Origin: Octopus vulgaris
Taxonomy: Eukaryota
DNA: 64,000 nucleotides
Reading direction: 5' to 3'
Assembly (NCBI GenBank): GCA_951406725.2
Contig: OX597815.1
Coordinates: 50,592,001-50,656,000 of the forward strand
Below are positions 26,857-39,037 of this stretch, one piece after another. Under the pieces are notes generated by a model that worked only from the letters and a program-made list of their open reading frames with translations, was not told the origin of the DNA and searched no databases. The translations under genes and the position numbers were made by a program. Each line of letters opens with the position of its first letter. The first letter of the stretch is position 1.

Positions 26857-26864
<8 letters not shown>
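26707..26864. repeat. Perfect 74-bp inverted repeat with 10-nt loop, ending a ~300-bp insert in (TA)n
   Basis: 26707-26780 is the exact reverse complement of 26791-26864. Confidence 0.95.
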
Positions 26865-26902
<38 letters not shown>

Positions 26903-26906
<4 letters not shown>

Positions 26907-27130
26907 TCATCATCATCACTTAATGTACATTTTCCATGCTGGCATAGGTTAGACAGCTTGATAGGAGACAACCAGCTGAAGGGTTGTTCAGGCTTCCTAT
27001 CTGTTTTGGCACGGTTTTTATGGTTGGATACCCTTCCTAATGCCAACCACTTTACATAGTGTATTGGGTGCTTTTACACAGCTCTGATATGAGTGTCTTT
27101 TACATGGCACCAGCGCTTATGAGCCTGCAA
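26903..27130 (-). mobile_element. SINE family C
   Basis: (CAT)n tail and cccttcctaatgccaaccac, i.e. GTGGTTGGCATTAGGAAGGG(C/T)ATCC, a Meta/MESC-like core. Confidence 0.8.
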
Positions 27131-27199
27131 GGTCAGCAATGCTCAGCTGGAGAGGGTTGCAGGGGAATAAGCCTGTATGTAAGGGCAATGACACTAAGC

Positions 27200-27710
27200 A
27201 CAGTAAAAGGCTTCTACACAGTCTCTGTCTACTAAATTTACTTAGAAGGCATTAGATTATGCATAGCTATAATAGAAGACACTTGCCCAACGTGCTGCAC
27301 AGTGGGAATGAACCTGAAACCATGTAGTAGCAAATCAAGCTTCTTACCCACACACCAAAGCCTTTGCTTGCATTTTATTTGAGTTCTTCTATTAACTATA
27401 AGATTTGCAAAAAATTTGATTTGCATCTGACATGTTACACTTCTAGACCTGTCAAAGAGTTGGTTGGTTTGGGAATGGTTTTCTGACAAATATTTAACAT
27501 GATCAGTGTCATCATATTTTTGAAGTTGTTCTGATGATCTTTAATTAGATGCCGGCATGGTGGTGTGGTAAGGAGTTTGCTTCCCAACCATATGGTTCCA
27601 GGTTCATTCCTACTACCTTGGGCATGTGTCTTCTACTATAATACCTTGGGTTAACTAAAGCCTGGTGAATGGATAAGGTAGACAGAAATGGAAAGAAACC
27701 TGTCACATAT
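27200..27710. mobile_element. Two divergently oriented SINE family B heads (27200-27360 minus, 27550-27710 plus)
   Basis: Family head and CORE-like segment on opposite strands. Confidence 0.7.
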
Positions 27711-27729
27711 AAATATATATAAATATATA

Positions 27730-28047
27730 TAATAAATATTAGGGAATAAATCCAAATTTACAGGGAAAAATCAGATTTAGGATTAAATCTAATTTTATAG
27801 TAAAATATTATATAATATAATTCGAGACAAAACCACTATTTTGCAAAACAAACAAGGAAAGACTTAATCAATACATAAAATTTTTAATATAAAGAAATAA
27901 ACCGCCACAACAATCGTTTCATGTCTTCAATGACATTCGTCAGGTGGATTTTCGATCTCCTAATCTATTAAAAATTTTATGTATTGATTAAGTCTTTCCT
28001 TGTTTGTTTTGCAAAATAGTGGTTTTGTCTCGAATTATATTATATAA
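27730..28047. mobile_element. Short element in (TA)n with a perfect 82-bp inverted repeat enclosing a hammerhead
   Basis: 27808-27889 is the reverse complement of 27966-28047; the left end recurs inverted at 40989-41066. Confidence 0.85.
27905..27947 (-). ncRNA. Minimal type I hammerhead ribozyme
   Basis: CCAC-CTGACGA-ATGTC-ATTGAA-GACAT-GAAAC-GATT-GTT-GTGG: all core nucleotides present, stems I and II perfect, short quasi-palindromic stem III. Confidence 0.85.
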
Positions 28048-28084
28048 ATATATATATATATACTTTATTTAAAAGCAGCAGAAA

Positions 28085-28143
28085 TTTAACAAAAGCTGTT
28101 ACTGGGAGTTTCACGTTCCTGTTCATCAGACAGTTTTGTTAAA
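28085..28143 (-). ncRNA. Type I hammerhead ribozyme with long stem I
   Basis: TTTAACAAAACTGT-CTGATGA-ACAGGAACGT-GAAACT-CCC-AGTA-ACAGCTTTTGTTAAA; lies in a ~175-bp insert (28061-28235) between (TA)n tracts. Confidence 0.8.
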
Positions 28144-28245
28144 ATAGAACTGAGATGACAATTTGATCAAAACTAGCATAAACGATACACCTTTAAAAAT
28201 GGATTTGTTTCACATTTATGTGTTTATTCCGGCATATATATATAT

Positions 28246-28530
28246 GAGTTAGACGGCTTGATAGGAGACAACCAGCTGAAGGGTTGTTCAGGCTCCATCT
28301 GTTTTGACATGGTTTTTGTGGCTGGATACCCTTCCTAATGCCAACCACTTGACAACCTGTGTTGGTGTGTTTACATCCCTGTAACTTAGCAGTTCAGTAA
28401 AACAGACCAATAGAATAAGTTACCAGGTTTAAAAAAAGTAATTACTAGGATTGACTTATTTGACTAAAAGTTCTTCAAGGCAGTGCCCCAACATGGCCAC
28501 AGTCTGAAACAAGTAAAAAGATGAAAAAGG
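28246..28530. mobile_element. Family C fragment (minus, 28246-28350) fused to a family B 3' half (plus)
   Basis: Junction at ccacttgacaac. Confidence 0.75.
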
Positions 28531-28892
28531 TAAAAAGCAATCAACTTGGCAGTTATTTTTCAATTGCAGAAGAATAAATGTTAAATTAACCCAAACCAGA
28601 TTTTTAATTTAGCACCTGTATGTAACCACTTAACCTGCTAAAAACCAACATCTAAATCCCTCTTGAATTCTGAAGGATACATTGACCAATGTACTTACTG
28701 CTTATTTAAGCCCTTTGCTCTTTATGGAGCATAGGCAATCAGCCATTTTTTTGCACTTGACAAGTCCTTTCTGCTTCCTCTCCCAGATCTTGTTGGTTTG
28801 AATTGTCATAAGTGTTTGTCTCTTATCTTCTATCTTCTGCTTGTTTCAGCCATAAGACTGTGGCCATGATAAGACATCAGCTTCAAGAATAC

Positions 28893-28921
<29 letters not shown>

Positions 28922-28926
<5 letters not shown>

Positions 28927-29325
28927 GTGCAGGTGTGGCTGTGTGGTAAGAAGTTTACTTCCAAACCACATAGTTCCAGGTTCAGTGGCACTGCGTGGCA
29001 CCTTGGGCAAGTGTCTTCTACTATAGACTCAGGCCAACCAAAGCCTTGTGAGTGGATTTGGTAGACAGAAACTGAAAGAAGCCTATCATGTATGTGTGTG
29101 TGTGTATGTTTGTATGTCTGTGCTTGTCACCCCGCCATCGCTTGACAATTGATGTTGGCGTGTTTACGTCCCCGTAACTTAGCAGTTCAGCAAAAGAGAC
29201 CAATAGAATAAGTACTAGGCTTACAAAGAATTAGTCCTGGAGGTTGATTTGTTCACCTAAAGGGAGTGCTCCAGCATGGCCACAGTCATATAACTGAAAC
29301 AAGTAAAAGATTACAACAAAAGAAT
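28922..29325 (+). mobile_element. SINE family B, full length
   Basis: tRNA-like head (TGGCTGTGTGGTAAG...GGTTCAGT), CORE-like segment, internal microsatellite, tail ...CTGAAACAAGTAAAAGA. Confidence 0.9.
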
Positions 29326-29395
<70 letters not shown>

Positions 29396-30820
29396 TATGC
29401 ATACATAGCACATTCATGCATTATATATATGTGCATTCAACCACTCGCAAGACACACAAACAGAATAATAGCTGAAGGACTTTATAGCAAACTATAGAAT
29501 GCCATTAATTACTACCATTTTATGTCAAAGCCATTGTTTTTGCAAAGACTAGAATAATGAATTAGCAGAGATGACAGAGTGCCAGGCAAAATATCTTGTG
29601 GTATATATTTATATACCTTTATGTTCTGAGCTCAAATTGTACCACCATTAATTTTGCTTTACATCTAGTCATGATAAGCTAAGTAGTCATTATACTTGGG
29701 CCAATTTAATTGACTACACCCATCCTACAAATGTTTGGCAATTTAACAAATTATCTTTTTCATAAAAAGCATGAATGTAGTTTAGTTGCTTGTGCACTAG
29801 ACAATAAACAGAAGACTGACACTGTCACCAGCACTCTGGCATGTCCACAAACTAGACAATTAACTCCCATGGCCCATTCTCTTTTATATTAAGTAGTCAC
29901 TTATATTGCTGACTACCATCAATTAACAGCCTTGTTCTGATTGAATAAAGCATGCCTACAAAAATGAATGTCCTACACATGCAGTGATTATGAAGCAAAG
30001 CGTTTTTCCATTCACTACTACAACCTTAAGCTGTACTAAGGAATTGAAGAACAATTCATTCACTGGCAGTACTAAATTCAATTCCTTCGACAGGAAAATA
30101 CACCTATAATGGACTTCCAGTTTAAAAGGAGAGTTATGTAACATTTACTGAATTCTTTGGAAACCTGAGATAAAAACTACTTCAATGAATCCTTGGGATT
30201 CAGTAATGAAATTAGCCCAGCCATTTATTGCTACTATTCAGTAAACAACTCCATAAGCTGACATTTCCTTTATCTATTTAGCTATTGGTTACCTGTTGTT
30301 TTTTTTTAATTTTTACAACTTCAGTTTTCAGAGATCATTCTATGCTATTCTAAAGTCCATAAATGATTGATTCCTTAAAATTCATAAACATGTTTTAACA
30401 CTTCACATTTAAAGATAAATGAATTTCTTAATAATTCAGATTTTAATCTATACTATGTGTATCAACCTAGTAATGTATTTAAAAATTTCTAAATAGTAAA
30501 GGAATATTAAATTACATGTGAAAATGACGATAATAAATTACCTAATAATTTAAAACCTACTCACATTAATGACAAATTTTTCAACTCATAGAAAAATAAC
30601 AAAAGTAATTATTTAAAATTATTTCTTTTCTCATGACAGATATATCAAATCTTGAACATTATATGTATCAGTTTAAGAAGCAAAACACAAAACAAACTGT
30701 CTTGCTATTTATTACTGTGCAATTCTCATTAAAAATAAAAATACAAAAATATTTATGTCTTTGGGAATTTAAAGCAAAATTGTTTAGAAATAAAAAACAA
30801 AACAACATTGATAAACTCAC

Positions 30821-30888
30821 TATTTGTTCTTTCTTATCTGTCAACAACCGATATATCTACCCCAAATCTCTCCAAGAATGCAACTTTT
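30821..30888 (-). other. Candidate orphan 68-nt exon
   Basis: T-rich tract plus CTGCAG acceptor and GTGAGT donor; stops in all frames (best KVAFLERFGVDISVVDR-stop). Confidence 0.25.
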
Positions 30889-31386
30889 CTGCAGATAAAT
30901 AATAATAGTTAAAAAAAAAAAAGCAATAGCAAGACATAAAAGATTCCCCTCAAAAATAATAAAAGGGTGGGGAGAAAAATATTTCAAATCTACTATAAGA
31001 AGTGAAATATGTAATGGAATAGGTGAAGCATTGAAGCAATATTGTTTCATTGTACATCTATTTCATACATATTTTTCAATAGGCAGTTACTCAATAAATC
31101 AGAATATTCCTTTAATCCATCAAATAGCTGAAGTATCTTTATAACCACCAATAATTCTAAAGAAAATAAACACACTTATTTTTTTAATTGAAATTGATAC
31201 TCTGTATCTTTATAAAATTATATTGTTTTAATATTTTAATCCACCCTTTCCAACTTTTTTGTTCTCAGCTAATATGGGCTGAATGGAGATAAAGGTATTT
31301 GATATTTACTTATAAGTAGATGGGACAATGGTTTCCCTGACCTCTATTTCAATTACACATATGTAAATTTAGAGATTTCACACATA

Positions 31387-31600
31387 AGCATTTAAACTGG
31401 CATATCTGGCCCATATATTCTATCTGTTTTATGTTCAAACCAGCCAGATCTGGCTTCCCAAATCTAATTTACGATATCATTCTAAAATTTAAAAAAATCC
31501 CATCATTAAAATCTCAAAGATATGAAATAATATGTGATTAATTCAAAACAATGTGAATAAATAAACATTACTTTTGACAGAGAATCTGAATGCTGAAGGG
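31387..31600. mobile_element. TTAA-type MITE (family E)
   Basis: Ends AATGCTGAAGGG+TTAA; collinear with the 16219 copy. Confidence 0.75.
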
Positions 31601-31706
31601 TTAAGCCTATCTATACTGAAATTAGAAATGGTATTTGTTTTAACTAATAGGGTAGATGGTTTGCAATGGAATGATAAATAAAGTCTGATATATTAGATAA
31701 GCTTCT

Positions 31707-31850
31707 ATAGGTGCAGGAGTGGCTGTGTGGTAGGAAGCTTGCTTCCCATCCACATGGTTCCAGGTTCAGTCCCACTGCATGGTACCTTGGGCAAATGTCT
31801 TCTACCAAAGCCTTGTGAGTGGATTTGGGAGATGGAAACTGAAAGAAGCC

Positions 31851-31898
<48 letters not shown>

Positions 31899-32110
31899 GT
31901 ATTTGTGTGTCTGTGTTTGCCCCCACCATTTCTTGACAACTGATGTCGGTGTGTCTACATTCTCATAACTTAGCAGTTTGACAAAAGAGACTGATAGAAT
32001 AAGTACTCGATTTACAAAGAATAAGTCCTGAGGTCTATTTGTTCAAGTAAAGGTAGTGCTCCAGAATAGCCTCAGTCAAATGACTGAAACAAGTAAAAGA
32101 ATAAAAGAAT
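31707..32110 (+). mobile_element. SINE family B, full length
   Basis: Collinear with 28922-29325. Confidence 0.9.
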
Positions 32111-32319
32111 ACCATGTTCCAACACTTTGAGTAGGAACATTTTGAAGGAAAATAATCGAAAGGTTTGTATTAGCAAACAGATTTGTATTTGTGCAACCAG
32201 AAGAGAAAGGATAGTACCCAAGACACTTAAGCACGTTCATTACCATATTTCTTTTTGCTCTAATTGCTCTTATTTCTGTTAGATTATAAAATAATAAATA
32301 ATATCCCCACTCCCCCTCC

Positions 32320-32588
32320 CAGCTGAGTGGTCTTTATCTTGTAGATGTTGGTGCCACATAAAATGCATTTGTGCTGGTGCCATGTAAAAGCACCCATGCC
32401 AGTAGCATGTAAAAACTACCCAGCACTTTCTGTATAGTGGTTGGCATTAGGAAGGGCATCCAATCATAAAAACCATGTCAAAACAGACAAAAGGAGCTTG
32501 GACACCTCTCCAGTTGGCCAGCTCCTGTGAAACTGTCCAACCCATGCCAGAACGGAATACAAACACTAAACGATGATGATGATGATGA
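32320..32588 (+). mobile_element. SINE family C
   Basis: GTGGTTGGCATTAGGAAGGGCATCC core and (GAT)n tail. Confidence 0.8.
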
Positions 32589-33169
32589 ATCTAGTAAAAT
32601 CACTGTGTTTCTAATATAAAGTTAGTGTTAGGAAAATGAATTAGCATGAGATCATGATAGGGGATTTTAATTTATAATTTTTTAAGACATGAATTTCATA
32701 TCATGGAACTAGTGGCAGTGTTAAGCAGATTGATATCAAAAGGGCTAAAGGGCCTCCAAGAGAGTGGAAAGAAATTATCCCCAGATCACAGACCTTTCAA
32801 AATGCTTGTAACAGTGCATTCTGCTAAGGTCTCCCAAGACCCAGGTGGCAATGTTTACAATCAAGTGACATACTTAGTCTGCCACTCAAGAATAGGAGCA
32901 ATACTTCTGATATGCTGCCACAGTTTCTGGTAACCAAATTTCACTCATAAAGATTTTGTTGACCTGAAACTATGGTAAAATACATTTGGCCAATATACCA
33001 CATAACAGAATTGAACCTGAAGCCAATTATGTGTGACTTAAACTTCTCAACCGTACAGCTATACTTGTACCCATTATGATCGCATTGCACAAACAAGCCT
33101 GAAATTTCATTTTCTTTCCGCTTTAACTTCACAGTCAATCTGCTCTAGAATACAAGGTGCCCATAAACC

Positions 33170-33390
33170 AGCAAGGATGCTTCTACATAGTCACTCAACT
33201 TACTAGTAATAGACACTAAATTGCCCTCAAAACCACACCCTCTCATCTTAAAAAAGAGAAGTACACATTGAGTTGTGTGTCCTAGATATTCTATGTTTAG
33301 AAAACTGAACTGGTTCATCAATGACAAGAATACCTTTGATCATAAGGTCGACTGAATCAGGGATGAACTTGGCCTAAACATCAATAACAA
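33170..33390 (+). mobile_element. Old SINE-like family F
   Basis: Shared with 955-1130, 10870-11015 and 38110-38260 (minus). Confidence 0.55.
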
Positions 33391-33854
33391 GAGAATATAG
33401 AAAATTCTTAATTATTTTAAAACAATTAGAATGTGTTGAGATTAATTAATTAATTAATTTTATTTTATTTCTTTATTTTTAATGAGATAGGAGAGGAGGG
33501 CAGTGTCTCATTTAAGTTAATAACAAAAACTTCTCAACCAATGTTATATAACAGAACCTCATTGCTAACATTTGGTTCCTAACTACCTCTAATCAATTCT
33601 AGACAGTTTGGTAGTATATACTTCATAGTATATATACACTATAGACTAACTATAAAAGCAAACCAATATATTATTTATGTTAATTTAGAAACCAACAATA
33701 CCAATGATATGTGTATATATGTAAGTGCATATGTGGGCATATGCACAAATGTGCAAGCAGTGACATTAATCACTATGTGTATGCATGTCTACATTTGTAT
33801 ATGTACCAAAGATAATAACAATAACTGAATATGTTTGCATAGGAATGTGCGTGT

Positions 33855-33891
<37 letters not shown>

Positions 33892-34037
33892 TGTCAGATT
33901 TAGGGCATAAGCTAACTTGAAAAACAACACCACATAAAAGTGAGAGAGATCAATAGCAAAGAAAAGCAACAGAATTCAATTTCTTTTTAATCAATAACAG
34001 GCAATCAAACAGCTGAAAATATGTTTAATTAAAAGAT

Positions 34038-34039
<2 letters not shown>

Positions 34040-34111
<72 letters not shown>
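34040..34111. repeat. (CT)n microsatellite
   Basis: Direct reading. Confidence 0.97.
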
Positions 34112-34116
<5 letters not shown>

Positions 34117-34395
34117 CTTTCCTCTGTCTATCTATCTGTCTGTCTTCTGTCTCTATCTTTCAACATCTCTTCATGTCAGCTCCTCCACCCCTTTTGTATT
34201 GTCGCTTCATCAAATTGTTGCCAAATCTGTCTGTATGCTTATATCATTTAACAGTTTAAAAATCTCAGTGTGCATGTGCCTCTGAAGAAATGTATAAATA
34301 TATTTATACACATATATGTGTGTGTATGTCTGTGTGAATGTATGTACATTATGCACATACACACAGACACACATGTCTGCATTACATACATACAT

Positions 34396-34479
<84 letters not shown>

Positions 34480-34588
34480 TATATATTATATATATATATA
34501 CTTACACACACACATATATATGTAGTCAGATAGATAGACAAATAGATAGATTATACATATATAAAGATACATGTATTATTGATGATAT

Positions 34589-34621
<33 letters not shown>

Positions 34622-34769
34622 TATACACATATACACATACACACACACACACGTGTTTGCATATATGTCTGTATTCAGAACAAATATATCATTTTCTTAA
34701 TGTAAATTTCTATATATGAAAACGATAAATGAACTTAAAATCAATTCATGTAACAATTACCTTCATTGC

Positions 34770-35770
34770 TTTGATCATCATATGTCATCGACAATATATT
34801 CATCATCAACTTCATCGTCATTATGATAATGATGATGATGATCATCATCATCATTGTTGTTGTTGTTGTCATAGTCAATATTGTCATCATCATCATCCTC
34901 ATCAGCAGCTGCAGCAGCATTATTTTCAATTTTGTCATCAGTACTCCCCCCATCATCATTGTCTTCATTATTTTCTTTATCATTACTACCAACATCATAA
35001 TCATCATTATCATAATCTTCATCATAATCATCATCATCACCATAACGATTGACATGATCAAAATCAGTGTCATCATTAGCAATACATATTTCTTTATTAC
35101 TCACAAGGGGCTAAACATAGAGGGGACAAACAAGGACAGACATAGGTATTAAGTCAATTACATCGACCCCAGTGCGTAACTGGTACTTAATTTATTGACC
35201 CCGAAAGGATGAAAGGCAAAGTCGACCCCAGCGGAATTTGAACTCACAACGTAACGCAGACGAAATACCGCTACGCATTTCGCCCGGCGTGCTAACGTTT
35301 CTGCCAGCTCGTAGCAATACAACCATCACCACACCACCATCACTACCACTATCTCCATCTTCCCCTTGATTTCCAACATCACCAGCATGATCATCATCCT
35401 AAACATCATCATCATCTTCAATACCACTATTACAACTGCTACCCTCACCACAATCACCTTGATCAACACCACCACTGATACACCATCTCCACCCCCGTCA
35501 TTGCTGTCATCTTCATTGTTGATGTCATCGTCGTCGTCATCGTCGTCGTCCTCATCATCATCATCACCATCACTGCTATCATTGTCAATATCATTGAATC
35601 ATCTTTATCATAATAACCATCAATATAGTTCCTGTCAAAAATATTTACCATTGCTCTTTTGCTATTGTTATCAATATACATTTATTGTTACTGCAACTGA
35701 CATTGTCATCATTATCTTCTCACAACTCATCATCATCGTCGCCATTATTATGCTCATCAACCATTCATCT
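34770..35770. repeat. Degenerate (CAT)n/(CAC)n low-complexity region
   Basis: Direct reading; source of the His/Asp/Ile-rich ORFs. Confidence 0.9.
35087..35311 (-). mobile_element. Young SINE family A variant
   Basis: CpG-rich, intact B box GAGTTCAAATTCC; TSD TAGCAATACA at 35077-35086 and 35312-35321. Confidence 0.9.
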
Positions 35771-36039
35771 AAGAACACTATACAAATAGAATCAAAGTCA
35801 ATGTTTATATACATATATATATATGCATGCATGTATGTATGAATGTATGCATACACAAACACACTCACACATACTTGTGTGTGTATGTGTTCGTGCATGT
35901 GTGCATGTGTGAGTGTTTGTGTGAGATGTGTGTGTGTTATGTTATAATGAAGCTTTTGAATTATACATATACATATAAACAGGCACATATACATATACAG
36001 ACATACTTACATAAAGAAGAGAATATATATGCATACAGA

Positions 36040-36190
36040 ACTTCAGGTGTGGTTATGTAGAAAGAAATTTTCTTCCTAACCACATGGTTTCAGGTTCAGT
36101 CTCACTGTGTAGCATCTTCTACTGTAACCCTGGGCCAACAAAAATCTTGTGAGTGGAATTGGTAGAAAGAAACAAAGAATCTTGTCGCAT
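36040..36190 (+). mobile_element. SINE family B head, old
   Basis: Family similarity. Confidence 0.65.
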
Positions 36191-36199
36191 GTATGCATA

Positions 36200-36231
<32 letters not shown>

Positions 36232-36362
36232 AATATATGATCGGAATCAATTCAGGGATAACTATATTTTTATGAATTTCTGTTAGCTTACTTTCCTCAT
36301 TTCGACACGTGGTGTAATAATATAAGTGAAAATATTTTATGTGGTTAGATAATTTAGCATCT

Positions 36363-36399
<37 letters not shown>

Positions 36400-36401
<2 letters not shown>

Positions 36402-36657
36402 ACTCTTTACTCTTTTACTCTTTTACTTGTTTCAGTCATTTGACTGCGGCCATGCTGGAGCACCGCCTTTAGTCGAGCAAATCGACCCCAGGACTTATTC
36501 TTTGTAAGCCTAGTACTTATTCTGTCGGTCAGTTTTGCCAAACCGCTAAGTTACGGGGACGTAAACACACCAGCATTGGTTGCCAAGCAATGCTAGGGGG
36601 ACAAACAGACACACAAACATACATATATATACATATATACGACAGGCTTCCTTCAGT
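36400..36657 (-). mobile_element. Young SINE family B 3' half
   Basis: CpG-rich, (TACTCTTT)n tail, nearly identical to 41707-41960. Confidence 0.9.
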
Positions 36658-36665
36658 ATATGTAT

Positions 36666-37007
36666 ATCTGTTATATAAAATCCGTTCTGTCTGTATGTGA
36701 GTGTGTCTTCTAGGATCTCGGGCATCCTCCATCCAATTGTGCTCAAATTTGATATTTAGATACCAACGGTATCAGAGCATGTATAAATTTTGAAAAAATT
36801 ATAAAAATCGCTTCCAGGTGAGAATGCGATCGATAAAGTCGTGGGAACGTGCATTTGTGTGCACAAGTACATCAGCTGTTGCGATCGATACTACACATAC
36901 GCAAGAAAAATGCACGTGCAGTGTGCGCAAAAGAAACAGCTGGCTTGAAATAGTGCCACAAAATGCACTATATTTAAGCACCATCCATTGGACAGGGGCG
37001 TTTTGCT

Positions 37008-37010
<3 letters not shown>
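36666..37010 (+). mobile_element. Helitron-like non-autonomous element 5' portion
   Basis: Begins TCTGTTATATAAAATCCGTTCTGTCTGT...CCAATTGTGCTCAAATTTG, like rolling-circle element termini; CpG-rich relative to background. Confidence 0.5.
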
Positions 37011-37048
<38 letters not shown>

Positions 37049-37485
37049 ATATATACCCTTAAACCAATTTCAGATCAAATCAATGTGGTACAGTGTGATA
37101 ATGCTGAATTTTTCAATTACAGTCAAAATGAGTTACTATATATACACTGAGTTACTAAATAGATTATTTTTGTCAACCCAGTTTCACTCACAAACCTTAA
37201 GTTGACCTCAATATTATAATAAAAGACATTTGTCAAAGTTCCACTCAGTGACATTGAACCAGGAACCTTGCAAAAGCAAACCAAACTTTTTAATCATATG
37301 GTCATAACAGTGTTATAACGAGAGTGTGTGAGGCTAGGGAGGACCCATAAGTTTACCACCCACTACCACTATAAAGGTTTATACAGCAAACTCAAAAGTG
37401 CTGCCCCACCCCCATAACAGCATCACCTAGGACAGATTGCCCTTTCCATATCCACTCTCGCTATGCTACTGGGCTATGTTCCATC

Positions 37486-37603
<118 letters not shown>

Positions 37604-38006
37604 ATATACCCAAAGTCCAGCAAAGAGCATAGTGAAGCACCTTGCTAATTAAGTGAAAACTTTGACTTCTATACATGTGTGAGAATGTGTGTATATGTGT
37701 ATGTGTGAGTGTGTGTGTATTCATGATAATGTGTATGTGTGAGACAGAGAGAATTCAAGTGCATTATTGTGTGTGTTAGTAAAATTGGAAGATCATAAAA
37801 CCATAAGAACAACATTACCTAATAAAATATAAAGAAGAACTGATATTTAAATCACTGCCAATTGTGTTTACAGGGGTAACACATGCCAGTAGACGGTGAT
37901 GCAAATTGTGAATGCTCACATACTGTTATTATACTGGACTCAAGTAGTGTTAATGGAGGAATAATGGGGAGTTCTTATGTTACAGAAGGAATAATAGAAA
38001 TGCTAC

Positions 38007-38007
<1 letters not shown>

Positions 38008-38090
<83 letters not shown>

Positions 38091-38105
38091 CAGCAGCAGC
38101 AGTAG
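38008..38105. repeat. (GTA)n(GCA)n microsatellite
   Basis: Direct reading. Confidence 0.97.
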
Positions 38106-38479
38106 TTGCTGTTGTTTGGCCTCTGGTTATCTCAAATCAAGCACACTTATTATTAAAGGAGTTGTAGCTATGACTATTTCCCCATCTTTTTATAAGGCAA
38201 TTGGCTGTGATTTAAGGGTAGGTTTGGCTGCTTTTTCTATCATTCAATCAAGTGAAAACAGTGTAATGTAAAGATTCGCCATCATTGGATCAGTATATAT
38301 TATTGTTGTTTTGCATAAGGTCAGTCATAATTGGGCAGACTTATGATCAAAAGTCTTACGATCGCATTTTCTGCACACCTATATAGTGTGCAACTAGCAC
38401 TACTTTATCCACATTGGCATAGGAACAATGGATGCAGGAGATGCAAGCAAACCCCTAACATTTTGGTGGGACAGGGCAG

Positions 38480-38647
38480 TGCAAAGTGGCTGTGTGGTAA
38501 GAAGCTTGCTTCCCAGCCACACGGTTCTGGGTTCAGTCCCACTGTGTGGCACCTTCTACTGTGTGGAAAGTGTCTTCTACTATAGCCTCAGGCCAACCAA
38601 AGCGTTGTGAGTGGATTTGGTAAGTGGAAACTGAAAGAAGCTTCTCA

Positions 38648-38678
<31 letters not shown>

Positions 38679-38910
38679 AAGTGAGCATGTCTTTGTGTCT
38701 GTTTGTCCCCTATCACTGGATGACAGTCGGTGTAGGTGTGTTTACATCCCAGTAACTTAGTGGTTTGGCCAAATGTACTGATAGGGTAAGTACTAGGCTT
38801 AAAAAATAAGTCTTGGGGTTGATTTGTTTGACTAAAATCCTTCAAGGTGATGCTCCATCATGGCCTCAATCAAATGACTGAAACAAGTAAAAGAATAAAA
38901 GAATAAAAGA
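38480..38910 (+). mobile_element. SINE family B, full length
   Basis: Collinear with other copies; (GAATAAAA)n tail. Confidence 0.9.
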
Positions 38911-39037
38911 AATCATCATCATCATAAAAGAATAAAAGAAATCCTCCTGAAAAATATCATTGCCAAAAAGAATGAACATAGAAACATTTTTGGACTAATT
39001 TAAGTCATTACTTTTCCATCATTGCACTTTTAGAAGT

